A stretch of 64,000 nucleotides of DNA. Source: Octopus sinensis (Eukaryota). The DNA lies in the NCBI RefSeq assembly GCF_006345805.1, contig NC_043017.1, forward strand, positions 22,072,001-22,136,000, given 5' to 3'. Position numbers and translations under genes: made by a program. The notes under the pieces are model-generated. The model was not told where the DNA came from. It made no database searches and was given only the letters and a program-made list of their open reading frames with translations. This document shows, in pieces, positions 41,605 through 55,465 of the stretch; position 1 is the stretch's first letter, and each line of letters begins with the position of its first letter.

Positions 41605-42318
41605 GCTACTACTACTACTACTACTGCTAATAATAATAATAATAATAATAATAATACAATGTGCAAACATCACAGCCTAGCAGTCCTAAAAAGAAAAATT
41701 GCAAAAAATATCTAAGCAATAAGTAAAAAAGAAACATAGAAAAAGGAGACAATATGGAGCGATCGTGCCTTTTATCATGACATAACAATGTACGACTAAC
41801 TCATCCGAAATAAATACCAAAAAGTCCTTAGAAAATTTTTACATCTATTTTCAGCTGGATGATAAACTACAATGGAAGTCAGATTCAAACAGCATTTATA
41901 TATCATTGTATATCTCGTATATCACAACAGTTTACACTAGAGCCAAAAGAAAATGCATAATATAATCTATATATTTGTGTGTATGTGTGTGTATATATAT
42001 ATATATATGCATATGTATGTATGTATATATGTATGCTCTATCTCTCGTTGCATCGCACATACGCACGCCATCTACTTAAACTCGTACACTGTTATGCACT
42101 GACTGGGCGAAAAGAGACAAAGTCACACATAATCAATTAAGTGACACCTTTATTTAGGACAGTTGCCCCTCGAGGGAATGTGTAACACCATCAAACACAA
42201 TAGTTGATAATATTAATCTGAAATGCACTCTGATCGTTGCTATACAGCAGTATGTATTATTCATGGCACAGGCATGCACTCACTTCCCTTAGAAACACAA
42301 ACACACAAACACACAAAC

Positions 42319-42361
<43 letters not shown>

Positions 42362-42384
42362 TATATATATATAAACATACACAC

Positions 42385-42422
<38 letters not shown>

Positions 42423-42987
42423 TCATACATATATACATATACATTTACATATACATATATGCATATGTATGTATATACACACACATATATACTTACACAT
42501 ATTCATTTATACATATGTGTATATATGCATGTGTGTTTGTGTGTGTGTATATATATATATATATGTATATATGTATATATATATATATATATATATGCAT
42601 ATATATGTATACATATATCTTTATATAGCTACATGCAAATATATACATATGTGTGTGTGAGTGCATGTATACACACACACACACACATACACATGTACAT
42701 TGACACACATAGTTATTAATATAGTTTCCAACTCACAAAATGTTATTTCATACTGACATGCACGCAGATGCACACACGCCAATGTGTGCACAAATGTGCA
42801 TTATATTACTGCTCTTCCTTGTCTCTATTTCCTGTTACGATTTATCATATTCATATGTCTATGCATACGTTGCATCATATGTGCAAGCGTGAGTATTTAC
42901 TTGTGCGTATATGTGAATGAGGGGTGATGGGCCAGACACAATAAAATATACTTATACATCTATATATATATATATAATATATATATA

Positions 42988-43044
<57 letters not shown>

Positions 43045-43055
43045 TATATATATGT

Positions 43056-43087
<32 letters not shown>

Positions 43088-43094
43088 GTGTGTG

Positions 43095-43127
<33 letters not shown>

Positions 43128-43158
43128 GTGTGTATATAATATATATATATATATATAT

Positions 43159-43191
<33 letters not shown>

Positions 43192-43379
43192 TATATATAT
43201 ACATATATAAAAAAAATTAGAAAAGAAACACCTTTTATCAATTCAAAATGAATGATTAAATTACACCATCTAATTACACCATTATTATTCCCTCAAATAA
43301 TTATTATGTATATATATATATATATATGCAATTATCTATGTATTTATTTATAACAAAACAGGAATCTGGAATATTTATA

Positions 43380-43712
43380 GGTGCACCATTTTTAGTCAAA
43401 CAAATCAACCCCAGGACTGATTCTTTGTAAGTCTAGCACTTATTCTATCAGTCTCTTTTGCCAAACAACTAAGTTATGGGGACGTAAACACACCAACATT
43501 GGTTGTCAGGGGATGTTTGTGGGGATGGGGGAGACAAGTACAGAAACACACACACGCATACAAGATGCTTCGTTCAGTTTCTGTCTACGAAATCCACTTA
43601 CAAGGTTTTGGTCAAAGCAAGGTTATAATAGAAGACATTTACCCAGGGTGCCACACAGTGGAACAGAACCTGTAACCATGTGGTTGGGAATCAAGCTTCT
43701 TACCACACAGCC
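43380..43712 (-). mobile_element. SINE family A copy
   Basis: Reverse-complement match to the family. Confidence 0.8.
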
Positions 43713-44710
43713 ACACACACACACATATACACACATGCACACACACATACACACACACACGCATGTATGCATGTATACTCATTCTGCCTTTTGACTGAGA
43801 TGATGGTGCTGGACTCAGACACTACTTTATAGGGTTTAGCCAATCAAATCAACCACAGAATTTATTTTTAATTGTAAGTCTATCAGTGCCTTTTTACAGA
43901 AGCACTGAGTTACAAAAAATTAAACAAACCAACACTGGTTGTTAGACAGAGAGAGGCTAACAGAAACACAATGACACAAAGACACAACACACATAATAGC
44001 GGTGCCCCAGCATGGCCACAGCTCGTCAACTGAAACTAGATAAGATAAGATAATGCATGTCAAACAAATATACATATATTTTCTGGCTTTGAATAGAAAT
44101 GATATGTCCATGCTCACATAGACACATTACATATTATTAAAACCTTAGCCTCCTTTGTAGCTCGTAACAATAACACTGAACATTGCACTGTGCCAGTTCT
44201 ATAGGAGATATAAAACAGATGGCACAACAAGGAACCAAAAAGGGGCGTGGAGTGCATATTATCATGGAATCAATGTCTATTTGTAGAATGTTTGATAAAT
44301 AGATACATACATACATGCATATATGTATGCATGTGTGTATGTATGTATATGAATTAATCTAAAAATGACTTCCTATACGTTGTCACAATGCCTTTGATTT
44401 CTAGCGGAGAAGGAAATTAGATTGTGTGACATTTGTATGTTTATTGAAAGCATTAAGGACATTAGAAAACAGAAAAGGTTGCAACCAGGAATTGAAACAG
44501 GATCATAGGATTGGCACTGCAAGAGATAACCTCTACCCTTTTGACATTCAAATAATAGAGACAAGTAATAAAGGATGAAGTATTTTATCATATGGGGAGG
44601 AGAAAATGCCAATTGTATCTAGTTTCTCTATGGTTAATGTGCATACATATATATATATATATATATTTGTATGCACGTATGCATGTAGGTACATACATAC
44701 ATACATACAT

Positions 44711-44935
44711 ATAGTTCAGCATAAGTGTTCTCTTTTTCACTGATCTTAGGCAGCTGGTTTCCACAACTGTACACAGTTTCTCTTCTCTATCCCAGCTCAT
44801 TATATCGGGTCTGTTGTGCTTACATTCTATTGAGTTCTTCACTGGGACTAGTACTCCTTCCACCAGTACTCCTTTTTATTATGAGTGGCTATGGCTTCTA
44901 CCTTATTGTGGCTTCTTACTTCTTTGTCCTCAGGA
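44711..44935 (-). pseudogene. REL endonuclease fragment of a second R2/R4-superfamily retrotransposon
   Basis: ORF 44588-44863 contains VPVKNSIECKHNRPDIMSWDREEKLCTVVETSC (RPD..E.SC motif). Embedded in (CATA/TATG)n. Confidence 0.7.
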
Positions 44936-44956
44936 TGCATGTATGTATGTATGTAT

Positions 44957-45297
44957 GCGTGAAGGTGCATGGCCCAGTGGATAGAGTGTCGAGCTTACGA
45001 TCGTGAGGTTGTGAGCTCGAATCCCGGATCGGGCTGCATGTTGTGTTCTTGAGCAAGACACTTTATTTCACGTTGCTCCAGTTCACTCAGCTGTAGAAAT
45101 GAGTTGCGATGTCACATGTGCCAAGCTGTATCGGCCCCTTTGCCTTTCCCTTGGATAACACTGGTGGCATGGAGAGGGGAGGCTGGTATGCATGGGCAAC
45201 TGCTGATCTTCCATAAACAACCTTGTCTGGATTTGTGTCTCAGAGGGTAACTTTCTAGGTGCAAGCCCATGGTCAGTGTCTGACCAAAGGGGGTCTC
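44957..45297 (+). mobile_element. SINE family E (tRNA head plus CORE-like block)
   Basis: tggcccagtgg A-box, gctcgaatcc B-box, then gtgttcttgagcaagacactttatttcac..gctccagttcactcagctg. Related head and core at 62340-62480 (minus). Confidence 0.75.
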
Positions 45298-45782
45298 GGG
45301 CTCATGTATGTATGTATGTATGCAAGTATGTATGTATGTATGTGTGTATGTGCATGTGTGAGTGAGAGTGTCTGTATGTATGAGTCTCTTTTTTTTTTGA
45401 CATCGCTTAATAGTTGTAAATTATTGTCACTGTCACACAAGCAGTGTCGTTCATTCCCAGTATTCTGCAAAAAACATATAATCTAGCAATAGAGAAATGT
45501 TACTTTGCTTGGAAATCGATGAGGGTTGGCAACAGGGAAAGCATCTAGCTGTACAAAATCTACCTCAATAAACTCCGTCCAACCCTTGCAATCAAGGAAA
45601 ACTGAAGCTGAAATGATGAGGATGAAGAACAACAGAAATTTGAAAGAGAGAACAGGCTCCCAGTAATATTTTTATCCGAAAATTCTGTGACACTGGAATC
45701 ATTGCCATGTAAAAAGAAACCAAATTTCATATCCACTGGACTATTTTTCACCACTGGAACTCAATGAAAAATTATTAAGATA

Positions 45783-46210
45783 GGCGCAGGAGTGGCTGTG
45801 TGGTAAGTAGCTTGCTAACCAACCACATGGTTCTGGGTTCAGTCCCACAGCGTGGCATCTTGGGCAAGTGTCTTCTGCTATAGCCCCGGGCCGATCAATG
45901 CTTTGTGAGTGGATTTGGTAGACAGAAACTGAAAGAAGCCTGTCGTATATATGTATATATATGTATGTATGTGTATGTGCGTGTATATGTTAGTGTGTCT
46001 GTGTTTTTCCCCCTAGCATTGCTTGACAACCGATGCTGGTGTGTTTACGTCCCCGTCACTTAGCGGTTCGGCAAAAAGAGACCGATAGAATAAGTACTGG
46101 GCTTACAAAGAATAAGTCCCGGGGTCGATTTGCTCGACTAAAGGCGGTGCTCCAGCATGGCCGCAGTCAAATGACTGAGACAAGTAAAGGAGTAAGGAGT
46201 AAAGGAGTAA
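45783..46210 (+). mobile_element. SINE family A, well-preserved reference copy
   Basis: tRNA-like head (tggctgtgtgg A-box, ggttcagtcc B-box), internal (TA/TG)n, short-repeat tail aaggagta. Many CpGs retained. Confidence 0.9.
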
Positions 46211-46734
46211 GATAAAAACATTTATTCAATTTTTGTTCGTTCACTTGTTTTGTTTTGAAGAATTACACAATGCTATGACAACTTTGGGTTTATATCAATA
46301 ACTATAAATCCATTATTGCTGTTATTTCTTTTCAGTTAATATGTTGACAATTTTATGTATTCTGTGTATGGCAAATATTTAAGTAATAAGCTATCTCCTT
46401 TCTAAATGAATCATTTTCGAAATTAATGTCTTTGCCTCCTGCAAACTTGTTTTAAATCATTTGGTTTTGCTGTTATACTGCTGCGCAACATCACATCATT
46501 GTTTTTAGTCGTTTTTTTAAAAAATTATTATTATTATTTTTTTTTGTCTGCTTTTGTTTTCTTGCATGTATGTTTATCTACAAAAATTTCCTCGAGAAGC
46601 AAACACATGTACACTCAAAAGAAGATGTACTATGACAAAAGTGGAGCATGCAGAAGACATGATGGCATTGAAATGGACTTATATGTGTAATCCGAGCGCA
46701 AAAAAAAAAAAGAAGGAAAAAAGAACAAGGAAAA

Positions 46735-46768
<34 letters not shown>

Positions 46769-48144
46769 AGAGAAATGAAATGAGACAGACAGAAAGAGGG
46801 AGAAAAAAATGATTTGGAGTTATATGGTATAAAAATTTTCACTGAAGCAGAAGCTTCCATTTCCCAACTGAACCCTGAGATGTGTTACCATACATTGTTG
46901 GTGGCAACTTTGGCTGCAGAAACAACAGGAAGTGGAAATGCCTTTGCGTCTTTGAATTCTTTTAGTGTTTATGGAGATTGCAACTTGGTGGCGATTATCA
47001 AGTTCATATTTCATTGAGTTCTATGCATTCCATATTTTCCTTTCTTTCGCTTCCTATTTCAAATCATTTCACTCCAGTCGTATCTTTTGGTGTTAAAGGT
47101 TTGCCATCAGACATCTTTTACTGTCTGTTCTTCCCCTGTTTTTTTTCTTTTCATTTTTTTGTTTTTTGCTACTTTTATTTTGCTAATATTTTCCATCACG
47201 TATATTTTTCCTTCTAAGCCTTCAAAACTTCTTCCATTCCACCCTTCACTTTCTTTGGCTTATTTTTTTTTTTTTTTACTAATCTCTTATCCATTTTTAC
47301 TTGTATATATTTATTTACTTATTCCTCCTTAGTTCATTTTTTTTTTTTGGTCTGATTTCCTTTTTAGCCCTTAAAAATATCAATCTTTCAGAAATTCTTC
47401 TATACCCCCCACCCCAACCCCCTGCTTATTTCTTCAATCCAAATTTTGTTATCACTTCTTTCTAATATAAAGAATTTCCTGTTGCTCTTTTACAGCCACC
47501 ATAACCAAACCCTGCCTATCTCATATGCAGCTATCGTATTTTTTTCTCTTTACAACTATCAAACATCATTTTTCTGCAATAACATTACTTTTGTATTATT
47601 CCTTCATCCATCAGGTTATTATTTTTTTTTTATGCATTTATGTATATATCTATATATATATGTTTTATTATCTGATAGATTCACACTATTGCTGTTATTT
47701 TCTTGTTGATTTGTTTATGAAAATAATTTGCTTGGAGGACATAGATAAACCTGTTGTATTTATTGTTGTTGTTGTTGTTATTGGTGGATGCTCTGATAGA
47801 AATAACACAACACAGATCTGGATCAGATGTGTATTGATTTGTCATTTCTCTTATCAAGATGGCTACAGATGTCCACAGAAACCTTTAGCATTTCTAAGAG
47901 GCTGGCTATGAAGCTGAAAGCTTAAATACACTAGTTTCGAGATAACAATTCTACATTCAGAAATTGCTTTTTAAATATTCCTTTACAAAACAAAACAAAG
48001 AAATAGAAACGAAAGAAATATTGTACAAATACGTAAAATATTGTTATAAATAGGACAAAAAAGGGAAAGAAAAAATATGTATGTAACTGCTTTATCAGAC
48101 TATCACTAATGATTGTGGTATTCACAGAAAGTCACTTATATCTT

Positions 48145-48451
48145 TGTTGTTGTTTGTTTGTTCCTTCTCATAAGGGCCGGTTTCCAGGTTTCTTGGCATA
48201 TAGGTTCTCCACCTGGAGGGAACACCGGTCCGTTGCAGGTGAGCTGCAAGATGCAGGAGGAAAGAATGAGAGAAAGTTGTGGCGAAAGAGTCAGCTGAAG
48301 TTTGCCATTACCTTCTGCCATTACCTTCTGCCAGAGCCGCATGGAGCTTAGGTGTTTTTGCTCATAAACACACACATCACCCGGTCTGAGATTCGAACCC
48401 GCGATCCCTCGACCGAGTCTGCTGCTCTAACCACTAGGCCATGTGCCTCCA
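48145..48451 (-). mobile_element. SINE family D with 12-bp TSD
   Basis: TSD cacttatatctt at 48133-48144 and 48452-48463. Homologous to 15678-15986. Internal 13-bp duplication gccattaccttct. Confidence 0.9.
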
Positions 48452-48910
48452 CACTTATATCTTGGGTTGATGTATGTCAAAGTGAGTATGCACATAGAGA
48501 ATAGAGAGATGTGGGATACAAAGGAGAACAAAAAACAGAAAAAGATTTTCAAGAGTTTGACCACACGTCTAGTATGGACGATTTAAGAATTATATGTTAT
48601 CAACAAGCAGGCTTTTGTACAAAATATGCAAAGCTGAGTTATCAAATTGACACCAAATTAAGACAATGTTTTTCTTTTCCCCAAACTTTCACTAAAGAAG
48701 CCAAATATAACCCATTGTTGAACCTGCAAGAATATACACCAACAGCTAATTTTGAAAATCAAAGAGCCCAAATGAATAAGTACCAGACTATTAAAAAGAA
48801 ACAAAAGCGCTGAGGTCAGCTTGTTCAGCTAAACTCTTGACGGTTGTGCTCCAGCATGGCTGCAATCCAATGACTAAAACAAGCAGAGGAAAATAAAGCA
48901 AAAAGAGAGA

Positions 48911-49066
48911 ATGGCTGTGTGGTAAGTAGCTTGTTTACCAACCACATGGTTCCGGGTTCAGTCCCACTGCATGGCACCTTGGGCAAGTGTCTTCTTCTAT
49001 AGCCTTGGGCCAACCAAAGCCTTGTGAGTGGATTTGGTAGACGGAAACTGAAAGAAGCCCGTCATA

Positions 49067-49104
<38 letters not shown>

Positions 49105-49320
49105 TGTGTGTGTCTGTGTTTGTCCCCCTAGCATTGCTTGACAACCGATGCTGGTGTGTTTATGTCCCCGTTACTTAGTGGTTCGGCAAAAAGAGACTGA
49201 TAGAATAAGTACTGGGCTTACAAAAGAATAAGTCCCAGGGTCAAGTTGCTCGATTGAAGGCGGTGCTCCAGCATGGCCGCAGTCAAATGACTGAAACAAG
49301 TAAAAGAGTAAAGAGAGAGT
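48911..49320 (+). mobile_element. SINE family A copy
   Basis: Close match to 45783-46210. Confidence 0.9.
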
Positions 49321-50740
49321 ATACATATATACATACACACACAAGCACACACATTTTTGCTTATTTTTATTAATAATATTATTTAAAAAATGTATTTTCC
49401 TCATTTTACGTGATTTCAATTTGCACATTAACTTGCAAAACCTATTTACCTTGTAAACAGAGGAACAACTGTACAAATATATTTATCTAGTAAACACTTC
49501 ACCAGTGCTTGATAAGACTTGCCGTGAATATCAGTGGTTTATAAATTAGATTTGTAGATTTGTATCTAATTACGGTGATACTGATCAGACAGTCTGGGGA
49601 GTGAGATGTCGGGAATAAACAGGGTGACTGACCATTTGTAGTTTTCCACATCAATCTAAATAGCTCTGACTTAGTTTTACTCTTGCCAGAGCTGAGAGAA
49701 GATAAATTGTGGTAAGAGGGCAAGATGGTCAAATTTAGATAACATTTGGAAAATAGTGTTTGCTAGTTGGCACTAAAAGTTTTCATTACTACCTGCTTGC
49801 CTGCCTTGTATCTGTGTGACTGAAACAGACTGAGGCGCCTTGAGAAGCACGAAGGTCAACTGGATGAGATGATCAGTTTCTTAGTTGCAAAGTTTTCTGT
49901 TACTATAACAGGAAGAACGGCAGTGGTCTGGTGTGCTTAAGGTGTTGTACTATAGAACACAGAGTCACAAGTTCAAATCTTACTACAGTCATTCTACTGT
50001 GCTCTGCTACCCACTTCTAGTGTGTGTCCCTGAGCAAATAACAAAGGAAAAAAAAGCAAGCTCCAATAATTTCTTTTCATTTGAATATCTTTTGTTGCTA
50101 ATATATACGTTTTTGTTGTTTTTTATTGCAAATATATATATATAAATAGGTACTGACGTGGCTGTACTGTAAGAAACTTGCTTCTCAATCACATGGTTCT
50201 GGGTTCAGTCCCACCACATGGCACCTTGAGTAAGTGTCTAAACAGAAAGAAGCTTGTCATATATATACATATCATCGTCGTCACCATCATCATCATTTAA
50301 CATTTGCTTTAATGTTAATGTGCAACCTCCAGGATTGCCAGTCCTCTGTCAAACTGTCCAACCCATACCAGCATGGAAAGAAGATGTGTATGTGCATGTG
50401 TGTGTGTGTGTGTGTGTGTTTGTCTCCCCCACTACCACTTGACAACCAGTGTTGATGTGTTTGCATTTCCATAACTTGCACACACACAAATACATATGTT
50501 CAATGGTCTTCTTTCTGTTTCCATTTACTAAATCCAGTCATAAGGTTTTGTTCAACCTGGAGCTATAATAGGATACCCATACCCAAAGTACCATGTAGTA
50601 GGACAGAACCAAAGCCCGCAGGGTTGGACAGCAAGCTTCTTAACCATACAGCTATGCTTGCATGCCCATAGTTTTGATAAAAATAAAATAATAATAATAA
50701 TAAATCTTAGAGCGAGTTATAAACAGTAGCTGCAACACAT

Positions 50741-51130
50741 TGTGACGTATATTTGCCATTTAAATATGGCTAACCCCTAAGGGCGGATGCTACTGTAGTT
50801 TGTAGCCCCAGGAGGACACCTCCTCCAGCTGGCTTTAGACACACTTTCTGTGCCTTATCAGTATTTGCAAAGGGAAGCCATCCTTCCCATCTTCAACTTA
50901 TGATACACACAGACTCGAGTTTCTGGTATATGATGGGTCAATACCCAGAAACTCGAGTCCGTGTGTATCATAAGTTGAAGACAGGAAGGATGGCTTCCGT
51001 TTGCAAATACTGATAGGGCATAGAAAGAATGTCAATAGCCAGCTGAAGGAGGTGTCCTCCTGGGGCTACAAGCTACAGTAGCATCCACCCTTAGAGTTTA
51101 GCCATATTTAAATGGCAAATATACGTCACA
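50741..51130. mobile_element. 390-bp foldback (palindromic) element with TGT...ACA termini
   Basis: Two ~190-bp arms, roughly 90% complementary by eye, separated by about 10 nt. Confidence 0.85.
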
Positions 51131-51586
51131 AAAAATAAAATAGATTTATTGAAATCTCAATAAAGAATCTGGGATTCATGAAAACAATTTTTCTTAATGT
51201 TTTTACTTTTATTTTGGTACTACGAGACACTGTGTAATGTCTACTAATCCACCTCACTAATTCTACCATAAGACGATATATATCTGTACTAAGAGAAATT
51301 AAAAACAATAAAAGAATTTTGAATGTCAAGGAAAAGTAGGTTTACGAATGTTAAGACTGGCGTTCAGTGACATAAAAGCAAAAATATGTTTTTGGTTTGA
51401 AACAGATTTACAGATTGAGAGTAATATATGTAGGAAATATATATTAATAGACCTCCCAGCCACGCATTTAGAATGGATTCCTTTCAGAGAGAACGGTAAA
51501 CGTATATAGCATTAATGACTGATACAAAACGTCCAATAGAAAAAGTAATATAAATATTGAATGGATAAGAGGCAGTTATTACTTAC

Positions 51587-51619
51587 CAACAGACCATCTG
51601 AACCATGGTTTATATGATG
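51587..51619 (-). other. Candidate 33-nt micro-exon
   Basis: Acceptor tgttccttttag, donor TG|gtaagt, length divisible by 3. Confidence 0.4.
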
Positions 51620-52022
51620 CTAAAAGGAACATTTACTTTCTACGTGTGTGCATGCACTTGTGTGTGTGTGTGTGTGTGTGTGTATGGCGTGTGTGTATGC
51701 GTGTGCATGAAAATGGGTGTGCAAATCATGAAACACATTTTATGATAAACCATCTTAAATATAATGAGTGTTGCTTAATGGTTTATTTTACTGTTGTGTG
51801 TGTGTGTGCAAATGTATTTTATATGCAAGCATGGCTGCTTATTTAAGAAGTTCACTTTGCAACCACGTAGTTCCGGGTTCAGTCCCACTGCCTAGTACTT
51901 TGAGCATGTCTACTATGGCCTTGGGCTGACTAAAGTCTTGAGAGCGGATTTAGTAGACAGAAACTAGAAGTTGCTTGCATATATATATACATATATATAC
52001 ATACATATATATACATAATACA

Positions 52023-52064
<42 letters not shown>

Positions 52065-52234
52065 CATAATATATATATATATATACATATATACATATAT
52101 ATATAATATATATATAACATATATACATATATATACATATATACATATATATATACCACACATATATATATATACATAATATATACACACACATATATAT
52201 ATATATATATTATATATATATATATTATATACAC

Positions 52235-52274
<40 letters not shown>

Positions 52275-52276
52275 CA

Positions 52277-52322
<46 letters not shown>

Positions 52323-52350
52323 GTGTATATATATATAGCTATACATATAT

Positions 52351-52453
52351 ATAAATAAATGAATGGAGTTGAACGAAGATGTTAATAAAATTCTTTTTAT
52401 TAAAATAAAAGAATTTTATTAACATCTTCGTTCAACTCCATTCATTTATTTAT
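52351..52453. repeat. Perfect 47-bp inverted repeat with 9-nt loop
   Basis: ataaataaatgaatggagttgaacgaagatgttaataaaattctttt and its exact reverse complement at 52407-52453. Confidence 0.9.
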
Positions 52454-53673
52454 TTATTCATTTATAACACACAAATTACTGCACATTAACCCAGAGTTTC
52501 TTCCTTTGGATAGGTCGCTTCAACTGTGTTTCTGACGGGAATTTTGCTACCCTGGTAATGGTTTATTGAATTCTCCATGTTAACTGTAAACATAGGATAA
52601 TTCATTCACCCATTGATATACATATATATATGCATATATATATATATATATATGGCTATATATATATTGTTGCTGTTGTGCTAAACTGTCATATATCTAA
52701 ATTTGGCCAAATGCTTGCAATAGCCAGTTCTTTTGGTCAACCTATTGTATCTCCAGCTGCTTCCAATGCCAAGATGTCAAAAACTGTCAAAGTATAGTAC
52801 AACGGTTTTGCTATGGAATGGTGAAACTATTTTTGTCATTATTTACATTATTTACATTTGATGGATATTTTTGGAGAGGTCTTTCACATAGGGTAGACAA
52901 TTTATCAGTTTCATCCTTGTTTTGTTCATATCGAATGTAAATAATGTAAATAATGTACATAATTCCTCATCTCTTAAATAGAGAACTGTATTTTTGTCAT
53001 TTTCTGAAAAAGCAACATTTTGGACTTACGAAACTTTTGCAAAATAACAACGATATATATATGTATGCATGTACTTACATTTGTGTCATAGTGTGTGTGT
53101 GTGTGTGTGTTCATCCACCACCGCCACTTGTTAACCAGTGTTAGTATGTTTACATCCCCGTAAATCAGCAGTTCAGCAAAGGATAACAATAGAATAAGTA
53201 CTAGGTGATTTATTTCCCTAAAATCCTTCAAGATGGTGCCCCAGCATGGCCACAGTCAAATGACCAAAACAAGTAAGAAATAAAAGATATATCTTATGCT
53301 ATTTTATACACTTGACAACCGATGCTGGTGTGTTTACGTCCCTGTAACTTAGCAGTTCAGCAAAAGGACTGATAGACTAAGCACTAGGCTTACAAAGAAT
53401 AAGTCCTGGGGTCAATTTGCTTGATTAAGGCAGTACTCCAGCATAGCCACTGTCAAATGACAGAAACAAATAAAATAATAAAAGAATATTATGCATAAAA
53501 TAAGATGAGATATAAATATAAACATATATTTGCAAACATGTATAACATGTATAATGTATGCACACATATATAAATGAGCGTATGTGTATGTGTGTGTGTA
53601 TATATATAGATAGGTGCATGTATGTGTATACATATATATATATATATATGCATGTATGTATATATATATATAT

Positions 53674-53707
<34 letters not shown>

Positions 53708-53748
53708 ATGCGTGTATATTTATATATATATGCTTGTATATATATATA

Positions 53749-53789
<41 letters not shown>

Positions 53790-54661
53790 TATATATATAT
53801 GCATGTATATATATATGTATGTATGTATGTATATATGTATGCATGTATGTGTCTATATATATATATATATATATGCATGTATATATATATATGTATGTAT
53901 GTATGTATGTATATATGTATGTATGTGCATGTTTATGTACATGAAATTATCAGCACATGTGTATGCGTTTGTGTACACACACATACACACACACACACAC
54001 ACTCGCACACACATATATATACACACATGCATTGAAACAACCCTAAGAAAGATTTGCTTAAGTATTTCAGCTTTTAACTATTCCTTTTGCTTTACATCAA
54101 TCTCGTACAGATTGTGAAATCTGATAACAGTAAAACTCCTCACTATTATTCATAGATTCGTTCCATAATGCCTGACACTCCGATCATTATAACCGCCCCT
54201 TAATATTCATAGTTTTCCAACTCCGCCACCCACCTCTCTGACAACTCCTTCCTCCACACACAACTACATTGTCCCTACACCTATCACAACAACCTATAAT
54301 GAGACTCGGAGAAACTATAATGGCCTGTAAATATTTACCAGTTTGGTCATGCAGAGAGTGAAGAGGTTGAACGGAATTGTGTGAGCTAACTGGTTATTAT
54401 CTAGCGACTTTCTCCCCCTAATTATAGGGATTTTCAAAGATGAATTGCATGTAGAGAAAACTTTTCAATAACCTTATGGTCTTAATTGTTCTAAAAACGG
54501 TAAGAAATGTAAATCTAACGACTGTTTGTTTGCATATATATATCTAAATGTGTATATGTATGTATGTATGTGTGTGTGTGTGCGTGTATGTATGTATGTA
54601 TGTATGTATGTATATGTATATATGTATAGATGTGTGTGTGTGCGTGTGTGTGTGTGCATAC

Positions 54662-54766
54662 ACTCAAAGACGAACAGACAGACAAAGAGTTTAGTACAAG
54701 GCATTTCGTAAGTGCTTGGCATGAAACAAAACCCTCAGCCACTGAATTCTTGTAGGAACATTTTAC
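54662..54766 (-). other. Candidate 105-nt exon
   Basis: Acceptor ctttttattctgtaacag, weaker donor gtatgc, open in phase 0. Confidence 0.3.
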
Positions 54767-55090
54767 CTGTTACAGAATAAAAAGTATATATGTATATATA
54801 CAGGCATTGAGGTCAACATCTGTTATTTGTTTAACCATACCTACATATATAGCACGAACACTGGCTATTAAATGATGATAGAATATATATGTGTGTGTGT
54901 GTGTCTTCATTAATGATTTATATATCATTTCCTTTTAATTATCTTCTAGTACTTGTTTCAGTCATTAGATTGCGGCCATACTGGGGCACTGGCTTAAAGA
55001 GCTTTTAGCCAAAAGAATTGGCACATTTCTGTGTAAATCCATGTAGGTTAATGTCTTACTAGAAATAAGCAACAGGATATCAAGTAGTGA

Positions 55091-55176
55091 TGCAGTATAA
55101 CCGTTTCAAGCAGCTCCACTTAATTGAACTATGCAATCATTACATCAATTTAAATGCAGCGCCATCTTCAGCTGCA
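55091..55176 (-). ncRNA. Hammerhead-like motif, long stem II
   Basis: tgcag CTGAAGA tggc...gctgctt GAAA cggtta TA ctgca. 5-bp stem I, decayed stems II and III. Confidence 0.55.
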
Positions 55177-55379
55177 GAAACACATAAATAGAATTTCAAC
55201 AAGTAGGACACATTAATATAATTTTTCTCAAATATTTTGACAGAGTAAGAAGACAGAAGAAATTCATGTTGTCACTATTGTAGCTAAGAATAGACTTCAC
55301 TTCCAAGAATAGAATGATGCCCACTGGGGTCATAATGTTGTAAGGGATTGTAATTCATTTCTAATTCATTTATCTTTTG

Positions 55380-55465
55380 TGCAGCTGAAGATGGCCCTGT
55401 ATTTAAACTCATATAATGATTACATTGTTCAATTAAGTGGAGCCACTTGAAATGGTTGTACTGCA
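55380..55465 (+). ncRNA. Hammerhead-like motif, long stem II (inverted partner)
   Basis: tgcag CTGAAGA tggc...gcca ctt GAAA tggttg TA ctgca. Confidence 0.6.

Noticed and set aside
43780-43810. Similarity to the 5' end of U2 snRNA (gccttttg.ct.agat)
   Set aside because: Under 30 nt with several mismatches, could be chance.
46814-47017. Non-repetitive 67-aa ORF or regulatory island
   Set aside because: No recognisable domain or splice context, and the short motif matches (ETS-like ggaagt) are not significant alone.
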